From Camelus dromedarius (lineage: Eukaryota): a DNA stretch of 64,000 nt. The DNA lies in the NCBI RefSeq assembly GCF_036321535.1, contig NC_087441.1, forward strand, positions 5,518,001 to 5,582,000, in the 5' to 3' direction. This document shows, piece after piece, positions 26,491 through 38,835 of the stretch; within the stretch, counting starts at the first letter, position 1; each line of letters begins with the position of its first letter. Under the pieces are notes generated by a model. That model was not told the origin of the DNA, searched no databases, and saw only the letters and a program-made list of their open reading frames with translations. A program made the translations under genes and the position numbers.

Positions 26491-27092
26491 CTTGGGCCAA
26501 ATAATTAGCTAAGTTGTGAATGCAAGGGGAAATTCTTGAAGGAAATTAAAAGTGCTCCCCCAGTGAACACGCTAATGGTGAGAAAGTGAAAAGCCTTATT
26601 GCCGATATGGAGAGAGTTTTAGTGGTCTGGATGGAAGATCAAACCAGCCACAATGTTCCCTTACACCAAAGCCTAATGCAGAGCACAGCCCTAACTCTTC
26701 AGTTCTATGAAGGCTGAGGGGGATGAGGAAGCTACAGAAGAAAAGTTCGAAGCTGGCAGAGGTTGGCTCATGAGGTTTAAGGAAAGACGCCGTCTCCATA
26801 ACATCCAAGCACAAGGTGAAACAGTGAGTGCTGAGGTAGCAGCTGCAGCGAGTCATCCAGAAGACCTAGTTCAGAGAATTTATGAAGGTGGCTACACTGA
26901 ACAATAGATTCTCATTGTAGACAAGCCTTATCTTGGAAGAAGATGCCATCTAGTACTGTCCTAGAGAGGAGAAGTCAATGCCTGGCTTCAAAGCTTCAAA
27001 AGGCAAGCTGGCTCTCTTGCTAGGGGTGAATGCAGCTGCTGAAGTTGATGCCAATGTTCAGTCCCCATTCCCAAAATCCTAGTGTCCTTAGG

Positions 27093-27301
27093 NNNNNNNN
27101 NNNNNNNNNNNNNNNNNNNNNNNNNNNNNNNNNNNNNNNNNNNNNNNNNNNNNNNNNNNNNNNNNNNNNNNNNNNNNNNNNNNNNNNNNNNNNNNNNNNN
27201 NNNNNNNNNNNNNNNNNNNNNNNNNNNNNNNNNNNNNNNNNNNNNNNNNNNNNNNNNNNNNNNNNNNNNNNNNNNNNNNNNNNNNNNNNNNNNNNNNNNN
27301 N
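27093..27301. other. Assembly gap (209 N)
   Basis: A run of N inside Tigger1. Confidence 0.99.
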
Positions 27302-28314
27302 CAATGTCTTCATGCTGCTAGCACAACTTCCGTTCTGCAGTCCATGGATCAAGGAGTAATTTCAACTTTCAAGCCTTTTTAGTTAAGAAGCACACTGTGT
27401 AAGGCTGGAGCTGCTGTAGGTAGTGATTCCTCTGATGGGTCTGGGCAAAGTCCATTGAAAACCTAAGGGAAAGGATTCACCATTCGAGATGCCATGGAGA
27501 ACATTCATGATTCATGGGAAAAGGTCAAAATATCAACAATAACAGGAGTTTGGAAGAAGTTGATTCCAACCCTCATGGGCGACTTTGGAGAGTTCAAGAC
27601 CTCAGTGGAGAAAGTGACTACAAATGTGGTGGAAATAGCAGGAGAACTAGAATTGGAAACAGAGCCTGAAGATGTGACTGAATTGCTGCAACCTCATGAC
27701 GGCACAGATGAGGAGTTGCTTCTTGTGGGTAAACAAATAAGTTGTTTCTTGAGATGGGATTTACTCCTGGTGAAGATGCCATGAAGGTGGTTGAAATGAC
27801 AGCAAAAGATTTAGAATATGACCTAAACTGCATTGATAAAGCAGCAGCAGGTTTTGAAAGAATAGACTCCAATTTTGAAAGTTCCATTGTGGGTAAAATG
27901 CTATCAAACAGCATTGCATGCGACAGAGAAGTGGCTCATGAAAGGAATAGTCAATCAATGTGGCAAACTTCATTGTTTTCTTAATTTTAAGAAATTTCCA
28001 CTGCCACCCCAGCCTTCAACAACCACCACCCTGATCAATCAACATCCATCAACATGGAGGCAGGCCCTCCACCAGCAAAAATATTAAGACTTGATGGAAG
28101 GTTCAGATAATAGTTAGCATTTTTTAGAAACAAATTATTTGTAACTGTGTACATTGTTTTTCAGACATGATTCTATAGCACACTTAGAGACTACCATATT
28201 AAATTTTATGTGCACTGGGAAACCAAAGAATTCTTGTGACTTGATTTATTGCAATATTTGCTTGATTCCTGTGGTCTGGTACCAGACCTGCTGTATCCCC
28301 AAGGTATACTCATA

Positions 28315-29940
28315 TAAAACATAATTAAATACTGAAAAACCCCAACTCCTAAGAATCAAAAATAAAATGAAATAAATTAATGTAAAGGATCTCCAGTGGC
28401 AGTCAGAGCCACACTATTCTAGGAGGTTTCAGAACACGGTAGTTTGTGCATTGTTAGTGGGGTATATCTCAAGGCAGAAGGACTACAGCAAAAACAAGAA
28501 CAACTTAGACTATTTTTGGTAATCCATTTGATAATGTTGTTCTGCAACTGCCATGTTTATAATATAGGGTAAAACAAACAATTAATTATGTGACATTCTA
28601 ATTATATTATTTCCAAGATTCTCAGCAAGAGAACAGATTAAGATATGAGAAGATATTATTGCAAACACCCTCTATTGCTGAATTTGAATTGGAAATATCA
28701 GATTGAATTTATGATGTATTTTATCTTAAAGAAAACAAAAACAAAAGTTAAAAACCCCATGTCTGGTCATTAAAAAGCCTAAGAAATGTTGATAAATCCC
28801 ATAGCAATGAGTTCCTCTACCATCCAAATGTAGTCTTTAAATACCATTTTTCCTTTGGTGAAATGGCTGATTCCAGGGTTAGGATAAACTGATATTCAAA
28901 TGAGGCTGGAACCTCATTTATGATACTAGACAGCGAGGAAACTATTCGAAACTACTGAACCTCTAGCAAGATTCAGGAGCCCATGCTAAGAAGGTCCCAT
29001 TAGCTAAAGATGGTTATCAACAAAAATAGTCACTGTAATGGGTTGAAGTCATTAGTATGTTTACATCCACGGTTTCTTAAGGATGCTCTTTTAAATTGCA
29101 CTTGTTTTCATTGCTAGAAAGTACTCATTTTGAAAATTTGTAAATCAAGAATAAAACGTTTATTTTGCTTTCCTATACAAAGTTTACCTCTGGGTAACCA
29201 AAAAGTTGAGGGAAATTTTATCTTAATAGGAGTATTCCATCTAGTAGCTGGGGAAGAAGTGATAAACTGAAATACAACCATTTTACAGTCTTGAAGAATT
29301 AACGGACCTTGCATGGAGAATCAACAGTTGCTAACATCGCAAAATGAGACACACCCAGAGTGATGGAGAGGGAACTTGTAAATTAAAAGTGACATAAGAG
29401 AAAATGCTCTGGAATTAGTAGTGATGGTTGCATAACCTTGTGAATATACTAAAATCCACTGAGCTGTACACTTTAAAAGGGTGAATTTTATCATACGTGA
29501 CTTACATCTTAAAGAAATGTTGAAGTAAAAAAGACACTTAAGAGACATCTTATCCAGTCACAAAAAGTGCACCTTTTTTGGGTCCAGGCTCAAACAAACT
29601 TTAAAACAATTGCATTTATGAGGCAATTTGAATGTGAACCCAGGGATATGTGGTGGCATTCAAGTCTTACTTGTAATTATTTTTTTAGATTTTATAATGG
29701 TATTCTGGTGGTGTTTTAAAGAAAAATCCCTATCTCTTAGAGATACATACTGAAAATATTTGTTGAATGAGTAATGTGACGTCTGAAATTTGCTTCAAAA
29801 TGGTAGAGGAGGGAGAAGTGGGTAGGAAAAGGGGTGAAGCAAGTTTGGACCCAAGCTGGTGATTGTTGAAAGTACGTGGGCGTCCTCGTGTTGTTCTGTT
29901 ACTTTATGGAATTACAGTATGGAATTTCCCCTAATGACAA
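28315..29940 (+). mobile_element. L1MC-type 3' UTR fragments (continuation after Tigger1, possibly more than one element)
   Basis: gaaatggctgattccaggg...gaggctggaacc; agtagtgatggttgcataaccttgtgaatatactaaaa...cactttaaaagggtgaatttt; ctcttagagatacatactgaaaatattt...gtctgaaatttgcttcaaaat. Confidence 0.65.
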
Positions 29941-29989
29941 GTGTTCTGTTTAATTCACAGGCACATGCTGTTACCTCAGTTTCCAATCC

Positions 29990-31770
29990 AACACCATGAG
30001 GTTCTTTCTCACATTCTTCCTCTATGCCTTCTGCCCCGTGAGAAACCTGGTTTCCAAAATTATCAGTTAAGTTTAATCATTGTTTTGATCTTAACATACA
30101 CATAGTCTCAGAAATTCTACCCCTAAATCACCATCAACGGTAAACTTACTAAATAAAGTACAATGTTCTCTTCCATTCTTTTATTCATGCAAAAGGATGT
30201 ACAGAGTACTGTGTTCAAAGGTTACTTGAATTAATTATATTTATGTATAGTTATGTTATCAATTTGGTATGTAGTTAGGGTCATTCGTTTCTGTTTGTAT
30301 TTAATTTTAGAATTGGACTTTTTCCTCCTTTTTAATTTAATTTTTGACCATAGGAAACACTTACATGGTTCAAAAGTCAGACTAGATGTAAAAATATACT
30401 TAGGAACACATGACTCTTTGTCCTGCCTCTTCACCCCATTCTCTCTACACCCTCATAATAACCATTTTTATTTTATCCTTTCTATGCTTTTTTTGCAAAA
30501 ATAAACAGCCAAACACACAACCATCTGTTCATTTCCCCCTTTGCTTCTTACATAGAAAATTCTGTACGGTATGTACTATTTTGTGTGTGTGCTTTCTTTC
30601 CTTTCCTTGAGGAAAGTTCTCGCTTCAAATCAGTCGATAATGATCTGCCTCATCTTATTTACAAAATTTACTTGTCTTCTATGGACGGGCAATTAGGTTG
30701 TTTCTGATATTTTGCTATTATAAAGAATTCCACGTTAAATCACTTTGTGCATTTCATAATTGTGGAGATGGATGATCTTTAGGGAAAGTTTGTAAATCTG
30801 GGACTTGGGGATCATGGGGTAGACTTACCTGTGGTTCTGTAAGATCCTGCCAACCTCTCTCACTGGCAGTGTGTGAGCTTCTCAGAGAGCTTCACCAGTT
30901 GTGTTGTCCAGCTTTTGAAATGTTGTTAATCTGACCGGTGCAAAGGGGTACCGTTTCAGTGTATGTCCATCTTATAAGTAAATCTCAGGATCTTTTCTAA
31001 TATTTTTGTACATAATTTGTGACTTTTCATGTCTTTTACATTTTTTTCTATCAGATTTTTGAACTTTGCTTTCTGTTTTCCAGAGTTCTGTATCTGTGTC
31101 CTAAGTTGAAAACATTTTCTTGCAATTTTTCGTCTTTCTTTGTCTGTGGTGTGTCTTCCCATGAAATAGTATTTTAAAAAAATGTGTTGTAGTAAAATTC
31201 ATTAATAGTTCACTGCAGCATGATTTTGAGTCATAGTTTTAAATGCTGTTCCATAAAGAATGCATTCATATTTGCTTCTAGGTCTTACAGTATGGTGATA
31301 TATATATAAAAATACGATATATAATACATATTATATAATTATATAAATGTGAAAAAATATATATACACACACGTATATATACGTGCATGGAAATTTATTT
31401 TGGTGTATGGTATCAACACCGACCCAGTGTTATCTTTTTCCAAATGACTGTCCATTAATGAGAAGTCTGTCTTCTCCAAATAATTCGAAATTCCATCTTC
31501 AGCCTCCATCAAACACTGATTGAGCATGTTTCTGGACTTCTTGTTTTGCTGCATTAATCAAGCCTCTGTTCGTGTTCCTGTGTCGCAGGGTTGAAAACAG
31601 AGACTCCATGTTATACTTAATGTCTCCTATGGCTGCACCTCTCATTGCTCTTCTTTAAAGAACTCCTCTGGATATTCTTGCTCGTTTATTTTTCTATATG
31701 AACTTTAGAATCAATTTATCTAAATTCAAGAAAAAAGACCCAACACACTGGTACGGGGGGGAGTCACATT
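29990..31770 (-). mobile_element. Reverse-oriented L1MC/L1ME fragments
   Basis: gttatcaatttggtatgtagttaggg, tacatggttcaaaagtca, gggcaattaggttgtttctgatattttgctattataa, gatattcttgctcgtttatttttctatatgaactttagaatcaattt. Confidence 0.6.
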
Positions 31771-33162
31771 AGTTCGTTTTAATGACTACTTTGCTCACCA
31801 TTTTATCTAAAAATAATAGCACAGAGCTTGTTAAATAATTGATGCTCAAAAACCATGGACCATTACATGCCAGTCCTGCCTGTAGTTATTACAGAATTAC
31901 ACATGTTGCCTCTTTAACCACTTTCATAATTTATATCTAGCAATATGTTCACTTTGCAGTCTCTGAACAAGTATTTAAGAGACAACAAATTCTCCATAAG
32001 GCGTTCCGACTTAAAAACCAGCATGCCAGTTTGTACCACGTGGACATGCACATGCCTATCCGTACACATACGTACACACGTGTGTATACAGGCGTGTGTG
32101 TGAATAGATGTGTGCGTGTGTGCACGTATAGTTTCCACATATGTCACTGGCCTCAGAGCTATGGATGTTTATCCACTTACTGTTTTCTTTCTGCACAAAC
32201 TACTTTTAACATGTTTTCATTCGAAAGCCTGAGTGTCCTACAGGTTATTCCACATTGTCTTAACAGTCTGTCCTAGGTTCCCCCCACATCTTACAGAAAC
32301 TTGATAAAATCAATATATTGAAAAAAATTAATTATATTTACCAAATCATGCCCTTATTTCAGACTCTTTCCACCTGAAGCCAGGACCAAATCAGCATCCT
32401 TGTGTGTGTGCTGGTCTCCTTGTCCCTCTTTCTTTTGAGCGTGGTGTATTTCAAAAGAGCTAGTGTGCTAGATAATAAAACCAGAAAAAGAGTAGAGTTA
32501 TTCACTGTCTTCACTTGTCTCTCCTTGGCTTCATTTTGTGCTCCTCCACACATTTTATAGGTTTTTACAAAACAGCTCAACACAAACAAGGTTTGCAGGT
32601 ATCACATGCCTTTGGGCACACACAAGTATTGCTGTTTGTATATTAATCCTGGGATCTGCCCTGTAAAGTATAATTAATGCCACACTTGATATTGGTGGTC
32701 TGTGGATGTCGGACACAAACACACTGGCTAGATGCTGTCGCTCTCTCAGCATTGTACAGAGTTGTCTTTTACAGTCGATGTAACCTGTTAGAGAAGCCTA
32801 CAGGGCAGATTAAATCTTTTCCCTGCCCACCTCTGACTAAACTCATTCTCCTTCACAGGCTTTGGTGCTAGTTTGACCTTATGTCTTCCTGGGTGGTTCT
32901 GGGAGTGTGGACCTGAGCACAGAGAGCATCCGTTGTTCTTTTACACTCCTTAGGACCCCTCCGCCTGCATGGGTTGGGGCATCCTTGTCTTGTCCCGTGG
33001 CTCTCGGGGACACCTAGTGGCCACTGGGGCAGAGGCTGAGGACGGTGCAAGTCTTGAGTACAGGCTGCCTGTGTGCCCAGAATGGAGGGTTCTATGTGGG
33101 TGAAGAAAGGCTGGGACTCAGAGACCAGGGGTCAAACGCCAGTCCAGCCCTGGACCTTGGTG

Positions 33163-33360
33163 GAGATTCTCAACTTGACTGCATGCTGAACCTCAGGAGG
33201 AGGTGATTCAACGCGCAGATTGCCAGGACTCACCCCTGCAGATTCGAATTCTGTGGGTCCAGGGTGAGATGTGAAAATCTGTTCTTTTCCTTGGCACCTC
33301 TGGTGATTTTTATGCAGATTTTGATCTGGATAGAAGCCCACCTGCTTAGAAACTTCTGTG
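33163..33360. mobile_element. MER5A-like hAT-Charlie MITE
   Basis: gattctcaacttgactgcatg...cagattgccaggactcacccctgcagattc...ggtgatttttatgcag. Confidence 0.6.
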
Positions 33361-33509
33361 TAATCTTGGCTAATTCATTTAGTCTTCCTGAACTCTAAGT
33401 GACTTTGTTAAAATCCTAGAGAAAGGGTTGGTGAAAGTATTAGGCCAAGTTAAATGTATTGGTGACAGGGATCTGTGAACAGTTGATGTTTTGTCACACA
33501 AATATTCAT

Positions 33510-33720
33510 TATCATTCTGGCTCGGCCGCTTTAGTAGTTACATATGACCTTTGACAATTTAATGTCTCTGTGTTTCAGTTACCCCATCTATAAAATGAGG
33601 ATATTAATAGTATGCTGTCGTCATGACATTGTGCAGAGCGAAATGAAAAACTACTGAGAACAGTGCCTAGCATGTAGATAATTCATAAAATGGTGGATAC
33701 CATTTCCATTATGATTATTT
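33510..33720 (+). mobile_element. MIR SINE fragment
   Basis: tctctgtgtttcagttaccccatctataaaatgaggatattaatagta...agaacagtgcctagcatgtag. Confidence 0.7.
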
Positions 33721-33783
33721 TGTTATGTCCTTCAAAATTTACTTTTGAGCATTTACTCTGTGCCATGAACAGGCAGCCCTGAG

Positions 33784-33908
33784 TAGGGTGACCATATGAT
33801 TTGCATTTCAGCCTGGGAGACTCTGATGATTGAAGGAGAGCTATCATCACATCGGGATAGGAGGCATAAACTTAGTGATCCTGGGTAGGGCAGGTGCACG
33901 TCCCCTAA
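33784..33908. mobile_element. MER94-like hAT-Blackjack MITE
   Basis: Starts tagggtgaccatatgattt and ends gtccccta (degenerate TIR), about 125 bp, like the recalled MER94 consensus. Confidence 0.65.
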
Positions 33909-34204
33909 TCAGAACGAATCGCGGATGAGAAGGTTTGTGGAGGGGGCTGCTACCAGCAGCTCTCCTGCTACCCCTTAAGGACCTCAGAGTCTCCTCTAAA
34001 TAAATGTTGAAAAAAATACGTAGGGGTTACTGGCTTCATGGGGTGCCAAATTGGGATCCCTGCTGGGCAGCCCCACATGTATCTGACTCTGCATGAAGGT
34101 ATCCTGCTCCCAGCCATAGAGAATTCCGGCTTTTCTTCTTCCTTAGGTCTCTCAACTGTAATTTTGCACAACCTGGTCCCTTTGTCCAGAATCCCTTTTC
34201 CTCA

Positions 34205-34650
34205 TTTATGAGTTTCCTAGGGGAGTTATAACCAAGGATCACGAACATGGTGACCTAAAACACATGTTTATCGTCTGTCACTCAGAGTTCTGGAGGTCAG
34301 AAGTTTGAAATCAAGGTGTCGGCAAGGTCGTGCTTCCTCTGGAGTCTCTAGGGAAGAGCCTTTCCTTGCACCTCCAGCTGCTGGTGGCTCTTAGCATCCC
34401 CTGGCTGGTGGCACATCACTTCAATCTCTGCGTCCATTTTCACGTGAAGTTTTCGTCTGCATGTCTTCGTGTCCTCTCTTCATCTTATGAAGACACCAGT
34501 TATTGGATTTAGGGTGGGCCCTAAAGCCAGGGTGATGTCCTCTTGAGATCCTTCACTAGTTACATCTACAAAGACCCTCCTTCCAAAATAAGTTTGTATT
34601 CTGAGGTTCTTGATGGACATGGGTTTTTAGGCAGACACTGTTCAACCCAC
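34205..34650 (-). mobile_element. MaLR solo LTR (MLT1C-like)
   Basis: cagagttctggaggtcagaagtttgaaatcaaggtgtcggcaagg...gacaccagttattggatttaggg...catctacaaagaccc...gacactgttcaacccac. Confidence 0.88.
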
Positions 34651-37600
34651 CAGACTTCCTTTGGTTGCAAGAAAACTAACATGGAAGAGAGGTTAGTGTC
34701 TTCTTTTAAATCAAGGCGCTATGCTGGGCCCAGGCTTCCTGCAGTCTTGCCTTTGTCTTGATCTGTTGAGATGGTGAGTCCAGATTCCCTCAGAAACTCA
34801 CTCATCCACGGACTCCTCTCTTGCCTTTCCTCTCTCTCTCCCAGAGCGGAGAAAGTGTCTTGAGTAACATAGCTGTAAGTAAAATGTGTTATCTTTAAAT
34901 CTATGACCTGATCTGTCAGGTGTGGGTTTTCATTAGCTTTTATTAGAAAGGAACACAAAATGCTGGCTCCAGGCTTCGAGGCGTTTTCTCATAGCCCTCA
35001 AGGTTTTAATATCCACGGTGGATTTGGGTAAGTTTCCTCAATTGATTTATCCCAGGGGAAGGCTGAATGGGCCTCTGCTGAGCTTTTGTTCTCTCCTTAC
35101 ATGCTGAGAACATTTATACTATGAAAATGTTAAAAAAAAAACAACAAAAAACCCAGTCAACAATTATAAAGGAAATTATTCATAGATAAGTTCCGTTAGA
35201 AAAATTCAGAAAAGTATTTTTGTCAAAGATGGTATGTATCTGTTATCGCACAGACACCTGTCCCATTTGCCTGCAGGTGACTGCAGCCCCTGGAGCAGCA
35301 TCGCACTCACCTGAAAAAGCTGTGGCCCTCAGGCGTGTACTTCCAATGGCCTTTTGACCTTAACACATTGTTTCTCTCGATTAAATGATTACAAGAAAGA
35401 ATTAGTTAAAAGCAACTGCTGAAACAGAGGGAATGAATAAATACCATTTGTCCTTTCTTGTAGTCAGCTGACAGGAGTTTTGAAGTATGTCCCCATCTGC
35501 ACAGACTTTCAATGCCCTCCTACCAGCCAGCGTCTGGAGGGCCGTTCGAGCAGGCCTCTGCTTAGCGGACAGTGTGGAAGAGGGTAGCGGCCTCGTGTTT
35601 CATGGATCCTGAGTAAAAGACTTGTTGCACACGACGTAAGATACCCGGATTATGAAACAGGCGCTGACACGAACAACCGTGTGTTGTATTTATATCTAAA
35701 ACTTACACTTGAGGCTGGAAACAAGGAATTTACAGCCAAGGTGTGCCACTCTCTCTCTCTGTGTCAGTTGTTTAAGTAAATAAGTAGGAATGCCTGTCAG
35801 CTCTCATTTCTCCCTAGCCTTGGAGAGCCTGACTAAATGTTTTCTTTCCCCTGTGGACTCACTCAAGCTCCAGCCTGGGCCCAAGGGACACGCAAGGCCT
35901 GGGATTTACTGAATGAGCCCCGGTGAGGACGAGGGTGCTCGGCTACATTGTCTTACGTGGCAGCGTGGCATCTTCTTAATTTCGGGGGAAACTTTTAATA
36001 TTTAAGAGCAAGTTGTTCCTGATTATGTTTCTCCCCTTGGAAGTCTACACTCATCTCTTTTCTTACAGCCCTGTGTTAGGTGTGTGACTGGATGAGGAAA
36101 TGTCTGCGGCTTCTCTTGAGAGAGATTTTTGGTTTGTTTTTCTTGAGTTTTGTGTGTGTGTTTGTGTTTTGAGGGGAGTGATCTAATTTAAAGTAGTCGG
36201 TAATTCAGAAATACCACTCCGGCTTTCCACTGATTCCAGATAAGCATTTCCTTTGTTGTCTAATAGTTTGTTTTAAAAACATGAAATAAAATAAACTTAC
36301 TCTATTCCAGCGGGCTATGGCAACCTTGAAGCCATCGAGGTGTCCCCCTGTGCCGAGCTGGTTAGTTCCTAGTTCCACAGTGACCAGCACTGGGCTGTAC
36401 CCAAGCCCGGGGCACATCTGGTTCTTTTTAGTTCTGAATGGACAGGGAGAGGGGCACGTACCTGTGTGTTCACCCAAGAGAAACTGTGGATTAAAAATGC
36501 AGCAGGAGAGAGAGGGGGGTAAAAGGGAAGGAAGAGGGAGGACTTGGGGAGTGGATGGAGAAAGACAAGGAAGGGAAGGGGAGTGGAGATCATCCCTGGA
36601 CCGTCACATCCTTTGAGAAAGTGGAGTTATCAGAGCGACGAAGAGAAGAAAACCAGAAACAGAAAGGGGGAGCAGAACAGTGGCAGCTGATTTTTGGGAC
36701 CTCGCAAGGAACGGGCCCTCAAACAGGGTCTAAAAATATTTGTACCCTTACAGGGTTTTCTTTTTTTCAGCTTACTTGTTGTTTTTCATTTTGTTGTTTG
36801 TTTTTGGAAGTGGCTCCCGTGCTGCAAGACCTCTTTTCCGCACACTGCAGCACAGTCCCTTTGGTGATACAGGTGTTCTTGCGGAGCTGGGGAAACTGAG
36901 AGCGCAGTGAGAGACAGAGGTGGAGCGCGAGATGGCAGTCTGGGATGACGGGTTGGCTCCTTCATGTTTTTCTCCTTAGAGCTGAATTGTTTGGAGGTGA
37001 AACACCTTAGGGGAAGGACGTAATTATGGTCACCATTCAAGGTTCCCATTTTTGTCATGTATGTTTGTTACCCTCAACACCGCCCCCCACCAGGAAGTCT
37101 ATAAATCTTTACAATGACTTGTAAAAACTGAATTTAATTCTGTTGAACAAAATCCATAAATATTTTTAATTATTTATAATAATGTATCATAACTAGTAAT
37201 AAAATAAAATTTAGAGAAATGACACTGGTGGGGCATTTCTTGCAAAGCTTGTGATGTAAAACGTAAGTTTACCTTGGTTTTAATGGGCAGAGGACTGATT
37301 ACCTGTTATCTTTTGTATGTAGGGAGGGGCGGGCACGGATGAATGGAATCCCAGAGCGCACCTGCACAACAGCACTAACCTCCTCACAGTAAATCACCAG
37401 CTGCCTGGCTGACGCGCAGCAAAGTCTATTGATCCTTGCTTTGTCTCTCCTCCGCCCCCCAAGCCGAGCTCCTTCTGTGCAGGTCCTAATGAGCAGTGAA
37501 GGAGTCCCAGGCCTGCGGTGGGAGGGACGTGGAGGGTGACATGGTTCAGACCCACACTGGCTAATTAGTGTGGGGCTAATTGACCTTTCCCAGTAATTGT

Positions 37601-38699
37601 GTTACTTGGCCTTTGGCAACCAGAGAGGGCCTTTCAGTATCTCTGTGTCGCTTAATATCTTTGATTATAATGAAAACTAGCCATAAGAAATGTGAAATAA
37701 ATTCAAAGCACGAATCACAAAGTATCTGTCTTTTAAAAGACTCTCTTTTTTAAAACGAAAGATCAAGTTGAAGAAACAGTTTTTATTCTCATCCAGTTAC
37801 TATGAATTGGCATTTAGTGTCCATTTTCAACTACAGAGGGGAATGCGTGTGTAAGAGAAAGAAGTCGGGGGAACAGTTCCCTTTTGGTTACTTTGACTCA
37901 CTGAACATCTTAAGCTTAAGTTGTTTTTAACTACAGTATCTCATTTTTAGCAATAACCATACGAAACATTTCTTAACCGGTACATTTTAAAACACCTTTG
38001 AATACCTTCCTAAGTAAGTGCTATTTTGTCTTTCTTTGACATAGGAAATGTATTATTAAGAACCCTGCTGGGCTGACACAGACATCTGTCAGAAGTTCCT
38101 TTTAGAAGAAACAAATAATGAACAGTCTGAATTTTTAACAACCAGAAAAAAAAAAAAGAAAGAAAAGAAAAGAAAATTTAAGCTGTGTTACTGTGTTAAA
38201 AAGTGTTTCTTCAGAACTGTCTGAGCTCCTTCATGCCAATAATTTTTAAAATTAAAATCTGATAACATCATTCACTATGGAATTAGGAAGTATTTTATCT
38301 GATAATTCTTGGCTAATTATATTATTGTTTTTCTGGGGGTAAAAACTGTGTGCTAATAAAAATTTAAATGAAAATCCGAGATTTTCAGGCCTTAAAATAT
38401 AAAGTTAGGACACGATAGGAAATATGACAACCTTCTGACTGAAACAATTTTAGTTCTAACCACAATGTATGATCAAAAGGAGTTTGTCAGACTTGGGGAG
38501 AACTAAAATGAGTGAAAAATACTGAAGATAGTGAAGGTAGCCTGGTCTAGTTTAAAGACCACAGAAACCAGTACAGTAAGTAAGTACACTGATGAATGTA
38601 AATAAACTCACTGGAGGTCTGTCCAACATGTAGCCTTGTGTCATGAACTCAGAGGTGGAAAAGTCTGGAGTGGCATCCTTGAATGAGCATTAATTAGCC

Positions 38700-38835
38700 T
38701 TAGAACATGGGCTTCAGAGCTGACTCTTTCATTTCCTAATTACGTGTGACGTTCGGGGAGCTCACTAAAACCCCTGAAATGTTGCCTCGCCTCTGAAATG
38801 GCAGCAGTAACAGGCCTGTGCTTCACAGGATCATT
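38700..38835 (+). mobile_element. MIR SINE fragment
   Basis: agaacatgggcttcagagc...tgtgtgacgttcggggagctcactaaaacccctgaa...ctgaaatggcagcagtaaca. Confidence 0.45.

Larger units (their letters stand above)
25966..28312 (+). mobile_element. Near full-length Tigger1 DNA transposon (TcMar-Tigger) with a disrupted transposase
   Basis: Flanked by TA dinucleotides (25964-25965, 28313-28314). Left end cagaacacctcgtttcactgtg, right end ...ccccaaggtatactca. ORF remnants on the + strand match Tigger/CENP-B-type transposase, e.g. [17 protein letters not shown] (26707-26907) and MENIHDSWEKVKISTITGVWKKLIP (27494-27784), broken by stops and frameshifts. Confidence 0.93.

Noticed and set aside
26707-27984. 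Transposase-like ORFs as a possible domesticated TIGD gene
   Set aside because: The frames are interrupted by stops and frameshifts inside a TIR/TA-bounded Tigger1 copy.
28340-30340. Inverted pair of homologous L1MC segments (about 28340-28640 on +, about 29990-30340 on -) as a possible dsRNA stem
   Set aside because: The copies look too diverged for stable pairing, and the identity could not be computed.
36500-36590. Purine-rich tract with four G-runs (G4/H-DNA candidate)
   Set aside because: Loops of 6-8 nt and an imperfect mirror repeat make this a weak candidate and ordinary low-complexity sequence.
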